From Saprolegnia diclina VS20 (taxonomy: Eukaryota), in NCBI RefSeq assembly GCF_000281045.1, contig NW_008246147.1, positions 69,972-123,436 on the forward strand: a stretch of 53,465 nt of DNA, written 5' to 3'. The position numbers and the translations under genes are program-made. Positions within the stretch are counted from its first letter, which is position 1; every line of letters begins with the position of its first letter. The notes under the pieces were generated by a model that had not been told where the DNA came from, ran no database searches, and was given only the letters and a program-made list of their open reading frames with translations. Shown here one piece after another: positions 10,956 through 23,500 of the stretch.

Positions 10956-13900
10956 CTAGGGGGCGGGGGACGTCCCCGCGAGGGTCTTGAGGCGCGAGTG
11001 CAAGGACGCAAAGTTGGTGTTGCCGTCGTAGAGCCGTCGCATCGTCGGGATCTTTTTGACGACGCTCGAGGGCTCGTTGAGACCCTTGCGCCGGACGGGC
11101 AGACCCGACCGCTTCTTACTACTACTACCTTGCGTCGGTGGCTTGACGATACTTGCTGCATCGTCCACTGTCTCGACACGCGGCGTCGCCAGGGGCACCA
11201 CGTTCTCCTTGTCGACGTCGAGAGGACCTCCGAGGATCTCGTTGAGGATGTCTTGGACGCCGGTCTCAATCTCTGCGTGGCCGCGGTTGCTGCACTTGGC
11301 TGCGCTGCAGGCACACTCGAGTCCGCACACGCCGCCGCGGGACCTGCACGCGCACATCTTGGTGGCGCACTTGCCTTGGCACTGGCAACAGCTCGTCGGG
11401 TCTGCTGAGACCTTGGGTTGCTTTTGGCGCGGGTGGTCCGTGTAGTCCGAGTCGTTGTCGTCTTCGTCGACCTCGGGGCCGCTCGAGATGCCGCCTTCGT
11501 CGTCGACCACCAGCGAGTTCGTGGGCATACTCGACTTCTACGGTAAGGCAGTTCATCGACCGCCTGTCGAGCCTCCGTCGTACCTTGCGCCGCTTGGTCT
11601 CGAGCTGTGCTTTCAGCGCCGCAATCTCGTCCAAGAGCTCGCGCTCGCGATTCGCTTGCTACGCGAATCGAAGTCCACCCAGTCCCTCGCACACAAGAAA
11701 CGTACCATCGTGGACGCAACCGCGACCGAGTTCTCGGCGCTGGCTTGCGCCACGAGCTGCGTCTCGGCAGCGACGAGCTGTGTCTCCATGTCCTTGAGCT
11801 CGTCGCTCTGCTTGGCCGACGAGACCGCCACGTCAAAGAGGCTCCGGATGATCTTGTGGCAGCTTGCCACGTCCGGCACACAGAGCTTGCTCGCGCCGCG
11901 CTGCCGCTTCTCGACCAGCTCGAGCTTTTGCTGGAGCTTGCGGATCGTCTTGTTCTTCACGTCGAGCGCCGCTTCCAACGTGGCGCGCTTGGCGTCGTCG
12001 TCATGGCTCTCATTTGCTGGCGGCAGCTGGCTGAGCTCGAGAGCGAGGGCCTTTCGCTGGTCAAACTCAGTTTGCACGGCGGCTTTGGCGCCCTTGATCG
12101 TGAGCGCAACATCGAGCACATCGTGTACGAGCGCCTTCTGGTCGTCGACAGCAACGATCGGACGGCTCGTGTGGAGACCCGTCTTTTGCTTCTTGTTGGC
12201 TTGGATCTTGGCGAGCTCGTCGTTCTTGCGCTTGAGGAGCGACGACTGCTTCTCAAACGTCGTCTCGAGCTTCTTGAGCTGCATGTCCTTCTTTACATCG
12301 CGGCGCTGGAGCTGCATGAGCTTGAGCTCCTGGTCGCGCTTCTCCTTCATATGGTCCTTGGCTTCCTGCGCGAGCTGTCGCCGGAGCTGCGCCTTGATCT
12401 GCTTGAGGCTCGCGAGCTCCTGCTGCAGCGACGTGATCTTGAGGAGACCTTGCGCATGCAGCTTTTGGAGCCGCTTGACTTCTTGCTCGGCGGCCGTCGC
12501 GACCGCGAGCTTGGACTTTTGACGCGACGGCGTCATGTGCGCGCACGCTTCGACCTGCGACGCGTACTGCGCCTGGAGCGTCTGCAGTCGGACCTCGATC
12601 GAGTCGGTCGATGTCTTGGACTGCAGAGCGTTCATAATGACCTCCTTCTCGGCAATGACGCCGTCAATGTTCTACTCGCCGTCATGAGCCGACAAAGAAG
12701 CATCACAAGCTGAGTCAACCTCCATGTCGTGCATCTCGGCGGCGACAGCCTGCGAGACAGCGTCCGGGTCGTGCTCGTGGTTCTGCGCGAGGGCCTTCCA
12801 CTGGTCTTTGGCCTGGCGCAGCTGGTGCAGCTGGTTCTTCAAGCTGCTCAGCTCGGCGTAGAGCTGCTTGACGTCCTACGCTGCGGTATGAGTACATCCA
12901 TAGTCGTTCTCAAGAGGCAACCGCTGGGATCGCCATGACATCGCGCTGCTGGAGCAGCTGCAGCTTGAGCAGTTCGACTTGGTGGCGCAAATACACAATC
13001 TACGCTCATGATACAAGTGACCGCGGACGCGGAGCGCGAGGTACCTCGCTGTCGGCAGGGTCGCGGTTGACCACGGCCGCGTTCTGGATGCAGCGCGCTT
13101 GCTCGGCGTACCGCAGCGTGCTCGTTGTCTCGTCGAAGTTGACGTCGGCAGGGCTCACGCACGCGATCATGACGGTCTTGCTGTTGCCGCCGAGGCTGTC
13201 TTGGAGCAGCCGCGTGAGCTTGGCTTCGCGGTACGGCGCAAAGGCGGGCTTGCCCTTCTTCTTCTCGCTGAGGCACGTAATGACCTTTCCAAGCACGAGC
13301 AGCGCCTTGTTGATGTGCACGCCTACAGATGGCTGCCATCGCCATGCTTGATGGCAGGACGAGAGGCGTACCTTCCTTGAATCGGTCGCCTTCGGTATGC
13401 GTCTTCTTGGCGCGCTCCGAGCCGGCGAGATCCACGAGGTGGAACTTGGAGAGCTTGGAGGGCTCCGTGTCGGACGCCGGGTGCTGCTGCATGGTCAGCG
13501 TGCAAATGGCGTGGGACCGGCTGCTCGTGTCGTTCATGCTTGTCGAGGCCGTCGCGCGCTGCTTGCCACCGCGCACGAGGAGGTCCTTGACGTCGTCCAG
13601 CGACGCGACCGTGTGCTCGGACAAGCCCATAACGACCACGCCTTTCTTGGGGTCGTCGCTGATGCGCAGGCTGTCGGGCGGCCCATGCGCCAGAAGATCA
13701 AACACTTCTTCGTTGAGAATCTCGAGGTACGAGAGCTTGAGCACCGTCGTCGTCATCTTCGTGTCGAGGAGCGTCGCGGCGCGGGCAAAGACGTCGGCCA
13801 TGACGCTCGGGATGACGCCATTCACGCCGCTGTCAAAGTTGGTGCCCATCGTGTACGTCTTGCCCGAGCCGGTTTGTCCGTACGCAAAGATGGTCGCATT

Positions 13901-14137
13901 GTAGCCGGCGAAGAAGCCATCGAGGAGCGGCGCGGCGCTCTTGGCGTACACGTCGCCGTGGCCGACGGCCGGGCCGAAGACGTGGTCAAAGGCAAAGGTC
14001 TTGGGCCCAAGCGAGACAGTCGTCAAGTCGAGGCTCACGGCGCTGGCGCTACCCTGGGCCTTCTCGGCGCTGCTCATCGGCCGGACGCGGACGACGACCT
14101 TGACGCCGTCGTCGGGCCGCGCTGCGCTCGCCGTCAT
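10956..14137 (-). CDS. KIF4: Kinesin-4 (KIF4/chromokinesin-like), multi-exon
   Basis: P-loop GQTGSGKT, switch [31 protein letters not shown], coiled-coil stalk and C-terminal Cys cluster [15 protein letters not shown]...CGLECAC...CSN. Confidence 0.85.
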
Positions 14138-14499
14138 CGTGCCACCCAAGGTTTAAAATCGAGACTGGCCCGTGATTGGACAAAATTTAAATAGCCCGCC
14201 CTGCACATATCCGGAATTATCCGGAAAGATTTGACAGGGCAGACAACAGCGCATCGTCACCACCTCTCCGCGTACGATTCGCAGCACCGAGAGCCAGGTT
14301 TGCGACGCCGGTCATGCCAGAGAGCTAAGAACACGAGGTGTGCCGTGAGCCCATCGAGACGCCTCGGGCCCGAGGCTAGCACACTATGGCAAGGGAATAC
14401 CAATAACAAAAATTCCCTTGACCGATGGAGCAAAGTCAAATTTACCATTGTGATTGAAGTACATCATGTCTTCCGCTTGACTTGCGCCGGCGGCAAGCC

Positions 14500-15010
14500 A
14501 CGCCCGCCAACACAGCGGCGACTGGAAAGCCTGCACGAGTTGGTTGCGTGGTGGTCAACGTGACATTCTACCACCGGTTGGCCGCGGACGTAGAGCACAA
14601 GCACATAGCGACGGCCTCGCGCGTTCACCTTGATACCCAACGCCACTTGCACCGACGTTTCGTCCATCCATCGAGCGAGCGTCGCTCAAACTCTCATTCT
14701 TGTAGAAGATCTCCAGCATCAAATGTCGGGTACGGCCCAGCACATCGCCGCCAACGACGAGTCCCAACGGCGTCAACGAGTCGGTGGCGTGCGGACACTG
14801 CCGGCGACGCGGCACAAGCGTCGACCCGTCGCGAGTTATTCGTCGTCAAGTTGGAAGCGAGTCATGTCGCGCAGCTGGTAGTCGATCATGGCCATGACGC
14901 GAGTGGTCGTGGACAAACGTGTGTTTGCTGGAGGCCACCAGTCGCCCGACTACCGGAGGGTCCATCGACGGCTCAAACACCGATTCGAGTTGACTTGATG
15001 CTACTGCGCC
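14500..15010 (-). pseudogene. Degraded third copy of the Uma2/CRN-type endonuclease-fold gene
   Basis: Frameshifted fragments VFEPSMDPPVVGRLVASSKHTFVH, LEIFYKNESLSDAR and MDETSVQVALGIKV...RYVLVLYVRGQP match the 9823-10719 protein. Confidence 0.7.
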
Positions 15011-15296
15011 AGCTCATCGCCCAGCCCCAATGAGCTCTCTAATGCTACTACTGTAGCTAAACCGTAACAGCGTGTCAGTGATCAACCTCGAGATTGTTTG
15101 GGGGCGTCAGCTCTGCCTAGCCCTTGCAGCTCGCTCAGAGTGTACGTGCGTATTCGCGGCGTATCGCCATGTTTGGCCAGACCGGTAGGCGCTTCGAGCA
15201 AAATCCAAATGGTTTTGAGATTTTGAGATTGAGGCGCGAGAATGAGTTGCGTGCGTTCAGCTTTAGCATCAGTTTCATTTTAGCAGCATATACAAT

Positions 15297-16827
15297 ATGG
15301 AAACCGATTTCAAAACACCCAACCAAGCCGCACCAAAGAGTCGATGAGCCGGCCTCGCCGACGGTCCTGCACTTGGACCACGTGCTCACGAGCATCGTCC
15401 AGTGCATCGCAGCGCCATGCACGGTCCACGCCTTTCTATCGGCGCTGCCGGCCTCTGCGCGCAGCCCGCCGCTGGCCGCGCTGCACGAGCTGCTCGACCA
15501 CCCGCTGCGCATGACACGGATTTCTTTTGGCTGCGAGCAGCGTGCGAGGAGCCGCATGTGGCCTCTGCTGGATCTGGAGGAGCTCACGCCCGCGGCTACC
15601 GCTCTCTTGCGCGACGCGATGCCGGTCATTCCGGCGGCCGCCGGCTCCAACAGCAGCGACGGTGTGCCACCCGATGTCGACGCCTTGGCGTGGCTTCAAC
15701 TGTGGAGCACCAAGCTCACGCGCTATACGCACAGGTACCCTCAAGATCTATGGGACCTGCCGCGCTGCTGTGCGATCTTGCGCGAGTGCATTCACCTGAC
15801 GGACGTCGATCTACCAAATTACACGTCGGTCCTTGAGGCCGTCACGACACCCGCGCACCGCGTCGCATCCATCACAACGCCATGCATCGAGACGGACACG
15901 AGCTTCCTCATGGCCTTGGGCCGATGGCTCGAGTCGAAGCACGCCTCGTCCTTGACGCTCGAATACCAACACACCGATCACCGAGCCGCAATCAGCGCGG
16001 CGCTGGCGCCAATGCTCGCCAAGACAACGTCGCTTAAGCGTGTAATACTGTACAGTAGCGCGCCCGGAGTTGTCGCACCCCTCGTCGCCGTCGCGCCGTC
16101 GTTCAAGCGCCTGAAGCAATTGGACATCTCGGTGGACGAGGCCGACAAGGCCGCGTTGGTGCAGTTTCTGCAGCGTCTCAACAGCGCCAAGCTGTCGTCG
16201 CTGCGCGTCGTCTGCGAAGAAATGAACCTCAGCCCGCTCTTGCGCGTTCTGGCCACGTTCCTAGCGCTGACGTTCCTCGAGCTCCGAGACGGCTACTTCG
16301 TGTCGAACGTGCTCCCAGCCGCCGGAGGTTTGTTTCCGCCGACGCTCCGGCACCTCGTTCTCGACAGCACGCGCTTCAACGCAGACTCCTGGCGCGTCTT
16401 CGCCGCCCACGTCCCGCCCACGTGTGTTCTCGAGGATCTCTCGATTCAATTTTGCTTGCTGAGCACCAGCGTGTTCTAGGCCATGATCGTCTCGTTGGGC
16501 GACTGGATTCGCCGGGGCCTCCGGCAGATCACCTTTCAAGAGTCGTACCTCGGGGACGAAAAAATCGAGGCGCTCGCGACGGCGCTGTCGCACGCAGCGA
16601 GTCCCGTCGGCGTCGTCATCGATATCGACGACACAGATCTCTCCCGGTCCACGTTTGTCCACGTCGACCGCGCCCTTGCCACCTGCCGTGGCATCTCGAT
16701 CGCACTCTCGCCGCTACGGGGGCTCTTCAACCCCCAGCCTCCGATTCGATATGTCAAGCACCGCTATGAACACGACGGAGACCGCGTCCGCCGTATCGTG
16801 CTTGAGAGTCCCGCGCTCACCGCCTAA
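15297..16827 (+). pseudogene. RNI-like leucine-rich repeat protein, apparently disrupted
   Basis: LRR-like units (LKRVIL, LKQLDI, LTFLEL, LRHLVL, LEDLSI, LRQITF). In-frame TAG at 16477-16479 with coding sequence continuing to 16827; the nearest plausible ATG (15297) is out of frame. Confidence 0.55.
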
Positions 16828-17581
16828 GAATCCAATCAGAAACGATCTGTCTTAGTCCGTTGAGTTTGAGGGTTTGGGGAAGACGCCATATTCCTAACCC
16901 CTGTCAAGAGCTGGCCAACGCAAAACTCGGTATGGATAGGACCAAGCCTAGATATGCAAAGCAAGACAGAGACTAGCTTTCGAGTAGCCATCGGCGTTGA
17001 TCTATCAATGTATCAATACAAGCTAAAACGCCATGAACGACTTGGCACTGCGTCGGACGACTCGAGGGCAGCATTCGGATGCCATCGTCACGTCGTTGCG
17101 ATCGCGCCGCTCGACATGTGACCTGGAAATAGCTTGTAGAAGACGAACATGACCAAAGCCGCGTGAACATCGACTTGCGCTTCGTGCGTACCGTCTTGCG
17201 GGACCCGCGCGCGCGATCGGTGTTGTGAGCAAAAACGTCGGAAAATGCTGGGATTATTTTCAACGGCCCACTACAAGTCGCTAGTGATGGAGAGAGGCTG
17301 AACGTGCTGATTTGCGGCGTCCCTAGGCACTGGGTGATTTTTCAATGAATTGATTTGAATAAAATGGCATTTTCAAGAGAAACTCTGGGTTCAACATCGC
17401 AATATTCATTTAATTCAAGTCATGGAAGGTCGAAACCCGTCTTGAAGCATGCTCAGCGGCAATCGTTCGGCATTCACTGTGTAGACTTCCAATGGCCCCG
17501 TGAACGGTCGCCTGGGCTTGGAGCTTGCCTTGTGTGCGCCACTGACGCGGTCAAACCACTCGTTCTGGAGAAGTGGGTTTT

Positions 17582-20500
17582 CTACGAGAACGCTTGAGCT
17601 TTGGAGGACGCATCGTCGCGCGCACCGTCGTATTCGACCCAGAGCTTGAGCGACGGGGCAAAGTACCCGTCGAGGGCACTGATTTCGGCGCCGTACCGTT
17701 GCAAGAGCGCAATCACCTCTACATCGTTTTGACATGAGACGTCGTCTCATCTCCCGTCATGGTCGCACCGCGTTGCCCAAAGGCAAAGGCGTACACGAGG
17801 GCCGGCCCTTCGTCGACGCGGTACCCGAGGATCGACTCGCCGCCTCTGAGCACGAGGTACTCGACGAGCCTTGCTCGGCCGAAAATACACGCATGCTGGA
17901 GTACGGTCGCAAACTGAAAGGCAAACTCGGCCGGCGACAAGAGCGCTGCTGCGATGGATCTAAGGCCGCCACGTCATGAAACCGTCGATACTTTGATACA
18001 TTCTTGATACAATGTACCCGGACGACCCGAACCGCTCCCAGTGCCGGAGAAGACAGAGCGTCATATCCTCGAGGCCCCGTAGCGCACTGTGTTGGATGGC
18101 GGCATCGATAAAGTCCCGGAAGAACGGTGTCTTGTCAATCGGGTGCACGAGGTCGCAGTTGCAGAGAGCGTCAACGATCGACACGTGGTTGAGGGCCACG
18201 GCCTGCATGAAGATGCGTTGGCGCGTCTCGAGGCCGCCGTCGCAGAGCAGCGGAATGAACCGAAGGAGCCGTAAGACGGTTGCTACCGTGGTGTCGATCC
18301 CGAGACGCGTAGCTGCTTCGAGCAGTGACGTCCTGGGCGTCACCCAGACCGCCAAGGTGGCTGGCGCCGCACGAAGCAGCGCCACCTCGACAACAGGGGC
18401 CGTCGCGTTGGCGTGAAGCGCCGCGCGGAACCAGCCGGGCAGCGGGTTCCAAGATAGCAGCGTTGCAATCACAAAGGGCTCCTCGACGAGGCGGTTTTGT
18501 ATCGGACTCTGAACGTCGGCGCCGTGCTGTCCGAGGAGCTCAACGACATCGAGGTGCCCCAGCATGAGCGCATAATGCAGCGGGAGACAGCCATCTACCA
18601 CAGAAAATGTAAGGAACCCGAAGGAACAAGCGTAGACCGTACGGCTATCGGCGACGTTGACGAGCGAGATGCACGCGGGAGTGGTGGACAGGAGGTCTAG
18701 CGCGTTGAAAAGGGCGGCAAAGTGCGCGAGGGTCCGTCCGTCCGATGAGCGCAGCTGCTGAATGTGCGCCGACGAGAGATTGAGCGTTGTGAGAAGCCAC
18801 GCCACGACCTTGAAGTGCCCGCCGTCGGCGGCAATCAGCACGACCGAGATACCGTCGGTCGCGACCAGCGTCTCGGGTGGTGGCTACGACACGGTTTCTA
18901 TTCAAAAGCATAGTTCATGCGCTGAGACAGCACCTGCTGCAGGACGAGGCGCACGACGACTGGCAAATGGTTGCCCTTGGCCGCTTCCAAGACCGGCGTC
19001 CAGCCTCGGGCGTTCCGAAGAGTACCCGCCGACGATCCAGCGTGTTGCAGAGCTTCGACGATGACCACGTGCCCTCGCTTCGCCGCGATGTGAAGCGCTA
19101 TGCATCATGTCGTCGGTCGTCTTATGTAACAACCCGTCTACCTGTGTTGCCGTCCCGATCTGGTGCATCCAAGATCGACTGGAGCTGCGTTGGGCCGACG
19201 CGTTGCCAGAGCTGCAGCAAACCGAGATCGCCAAGGTGCGCGATAAGGTGCAGCGGCGTCTGTCCCCGCTTGTCATGGACGAGCGCGGCCCCTGTCTTAA
19301 CACATGACATCGAAATACGCAGATCAACCAAGACGGACCTTGCTGCAGAAGACGCTGGACCACCGTAGCCTGGCCGTGCAGCACGGCGTAGTGCAGTAGC
19401 GAGCTGCCTGCACTCGCAGTCGTCGAGTCCAGTTGGCGCAACAGCGGCAGCTGAAAGGCTTGCAACAGGTGCAGTACAATGTTGTACCACTGAGCGTGAG
19501 CGGCGAAGAGAACGAAGCCCGCGACAAGGTCCACGGGCGTCGACAGCGGCAGCTGCGGCAAGAGCCCTTCGACCATATCGCGACTCGCTTGCTTCCAGTT
19601 TGTCATTGCGCTCTGAAGCGCCGGCCACACCTCGCGATGGTCCACGGGGGCCTTGGCCTACACTGCGCATGAGCCTCATCGCCACCGAAGGTGCATCGTG
19701 TACGGCTAGAAGGAGTTGAATCGCCGCCGCATTGTTGGTTCGAATGGCTGCGGTGTAGTACGCGTGGCCAGCAAAGCTGATAAATTGCACCGGAATCGGC
19801 TCCTTGGGGACGGCGACTTGAAACAAAAAGGCCAGCGTTGATACATTGATAGTCACGCTTTGGGTCGATGCCTTGACGACGGCTTCTTTTTGCGTCGGTG
19901 TGAGGCGCGGCCATATATTCTGTACGATGCGCGTACTTTGCATATCGTTTTGCTTGGCCGCCAGCGTCCACGGGCTCTCGCCGGCATTGTTGACCGTCTC
20001 CAGCGGCGCCCCGGCGGCGACGAGTGCCGAGACCGTCGCTTCGTCGCGGGTCGCCACCACAAGGTGCAGCAGCGTGTCGTTAGTCTCGTTGGTAGGGTGC
20101 GCCAGCGCATGCCCGACGTAGCACTGGACAATGCGGTGAATGGTTCGTTGGTGCTGGAGCGCACGCGTGCCATAGCTGGAGAACGCCGAGAGGTTGCGCC
20201 ACGTACACGTTTCAAATCCCGCGACCCGGAGCGCGTCTGTGGCGTCGACCGAGTGCGACGGCCATAAAAAGGCGTTGAGCGACCGGGCGCGCGCTTGAAG
20301 CTGCTGGACGTTGGGTCGTATCGGTCGACAGCGGCCGTGGGCAGCCGGCGCCCCGGTACCCCGCTGCACGAGGGCCGGGAGCACCGACTGCGTCGGCGGC
20401 AGCGCCAAGACCAATGCTACAAAGGCATCGAGCGCCATGTGGGCACCGGCGTACCAGATCGGCGTTCGCGATGGCATGTTGGCGACGACAAGGTCCGGCG

Positions 20501-23500
20501 GGACGCCAAAGCTATGCACGAGCTTTTGAACGATGGCAACTTGGTTGGCGGCGGCGGCCCGGTGGAGCACAAGGCTGCAGGACGCGGCCCGACGAATCCA
20601 CGTGGCGTACGGCTCGACACTGGCCTCTTGTAGAAGCAAGCAGTGTGACACGACGTCCCATAACTCGCGCGACGACGCCAAAATAAACGCTTGCAAAAGA
20701 TGGTCAAACGTGGCGCCCCGGAGCGCCGACCACGACGGCAGCAGGGTGCGCAACACCGGAAGCGGCTCGCAACCTTGCAGTGCTGCAATGACCGTCGCAA
20801 TTGTCGGAAGGCAGTGCGGGAGGAGTAGACATACCGCGTCGTTGTCGCTTGCGAAGGCTGCGTGGTCGAGGGCCGTGCACCCGCCGCTGTCGAGAGCAGC
20901 GAGGCGTGACACGCGTTCGTCACTCGTCTCATTTGGCATCGGCTGCAACAAGAGCGTGAGCAGCGACGTTTTGCCATCGCACGTTTGTGGCAGGCGCGCA
21001 GCGGTCGCAAGCGGTAGGTGCGGCGCGCGCAGTCCCGTCAGCGACGGCACGGTGGCGACGAGCCAAGTCACAACGTCATACTGCTCGTGTTGAAGCGCCA
21101 GCGTGAGCGGCGTGTGCCCCGACGCAGCAACGTCTTGCAGCGAGAGCCCGGCGCGGTGGTACACTTGCAACAGCGGTAGGCACCCGCGTTGACAGGCGAT
21201 GTGCACAGCAGGCACGCCCGATGCGAGGCTCAGGCGGAGGTGGTGCACCATGTTGGTGTAGGCCCCCGCAAGGGAACGTAGCGACGGGGATCGAAGCGAC
21301 GCCAGTTGCATCCAACCATTGAGGTGCGATTGCATCGGATGCACGTGCCTTGTCCGAGACGTTGTGGTCGTCGACGCGCCGAGAAGATACAGTTTGGCGG
21401 CCGTCACGTGTTGCCCGCGCACAAAGGCAAAGTAGAGAGGCGCTGCGTTCACGTAGCGACTGCGGACGACGAGGCCGTCGACGTCGACGCCGTTCGACGC
21501 CAAGAGGCCCACCAAACTGGCTTGGCCCGCGGCGGCCGCGAGGTGCATCGCACCAAGTGTCGGTCCTGCAGCGTTGGCACCTATATCATTATGGGCGTTT
21601 GGACCGCGATCGTGTGTAGTGCGTACGGGGAAACTCGATGCGGCGGTGCGTCAAGAGGCTGGTGGCGACCGACCAAAAGCCGACTTGACACGCTCGCGTG
21701 ATCTCTTCCGCGGTCACGTGCAGCTTGAGCGTCTGCTCGATCTGGATGAGCTTGTCCGTGAGCAGCAGCGCCATGTCGTACAGCGTCTGCCACTGGCGCC
21801 TACCATCTTTCATGTCGAAACCGTGTCTTTGCGAGCAGCGACAAGTACCGCATGGCTTGTTCGTGGTGCGTAGTGTACATGGAGGCGGCAAGGCCATCGG
21901 ACGCTGCCTCGTCGATCGTCTCGTCGTACGTGTGTTCTTGGAACGATGCGGGAGCTGCGTGCAGTGCCAGCGCCAGCGGCCCGCCGTGGCCCACCGCTGG
22001 CGACGTCCACATCATCCCAAACCACTGTCGTGTTGGCAGCAGTGGCAACCAGAGATTGACGTCCGCCCCGTGCTGCAGCAAGTACTGTACCAGCTCGATC
22101 GAGCCCGACCGAACCGCAAAGCACAGCGGCGACTCGTCCGTGACACACGCATGCAGCGTCGCACCGCGCGATAAGAGCAGCTGCACCGTGCTGAGGTGGC
22201 CGCGAAGACAGGCCATGTGCAGGGCCGAGTCGGCGGTCGCGCAGCTTGCGTGCAGCGTGTCGAACGGGACGCTTTCGAGGAGCACATCAAGCAGCGCATC
22301 GTGGCCGTGGAACGCAGCACATGGGATCGGGCGCTGATGCAAAGCATTCGCAATGTGCACGTTGGCACCGTACGCGAGGAGCGTGCGGACCACCGCGAGT
22401 GACGTCGACGACGCCTGGCAACACCGCTGCACCTCGGCCATGAGAAGCGTGTTGCCTGCCTCGTCGGTGGTTTCCAGCGCCAAGCGCTTGTGCTCCGCGA
22501 GAAGCTCCAGGACGCGCACCGCCATCGACGGCGCATGTGCGAGTTTGTGTAGCGCGAGATGGGCCAAAAGCAACGGCGTCGCCTCGCTTTTGCTCATATG
22601 CTCGAGCAGAACCGTCAGAAGGCCATGGTACCGGTGGTGCGTTGCCTCGAGGATCGCTGGGTCGACGTCAAATGTGGCGACCTTCCACCCGTGCAAGAGC
22701 GTCTCGATCGGAGTTGGGGTCTTGTCATTGTTGATCGGTCGCTTGAGAAACTGCCCGAGGCGGTGCGGACGCCGACGCTTTTGCGGGACAAGAGGCGGGT
22801 GCGCTTGCGTCTCGACGGCGTGCTGGACCAAGAGGGCACGCGCCACCGCGACGTTGCCAAGCACGCAGGCGAGGTGCAAGGGCGTATTCCCAAAGATGTC
22901 TCGGGTGCGATGCTCGTGGCCAAGCATGTACTGGCAAATGAGGAGCGCGATCGACGTCTTCTCGTGCTCGATCGCCACATGCAGCGCAGTCTTGCCGTTG
23001 ACGTCGGCCACGTTTATGAGTCGCGGGTACTTGAAGAGAAGGCACTCGGCGATCCGGTCAAACCCGCGGGCCGCCGCTTTGTGCAGAGCCGTGGCACCCC
23101 GTTGGTTGGCGATGAACACGTCGGCGCCCTGCCGCACGAGGTAGTCGACGACGTTGTACCGGCCGCGCTCGGTTGCTTCGAGGAGCGCGGTGGACTGCAG
23201 AATCTCGAGCTGCACGTTCAGGTGCGGGATCTTCTTGCTCTCAAGCAGGTGTTGGATTCGAGGCACAAGGCCGGCGCGCGCGGCTTCAAACACCGAGCCA
23301 AAGACGCGCTCCTCCATCGCATACACCGAGTGTCCGTAGATGTCCTGTGCATGCCACCACGCCGGCGGCGTCCGGTCCCACAAGAGATCGACAACTTGTT
23401 CACCGTTCTCGTACCGGGCAAAGATGCCGTTGGAGATGTCATACTGCGTCGCCACGTGCAAGAGTGCGAGGTGCAACGGTAGCTGGTGGTGCACGTTGAG

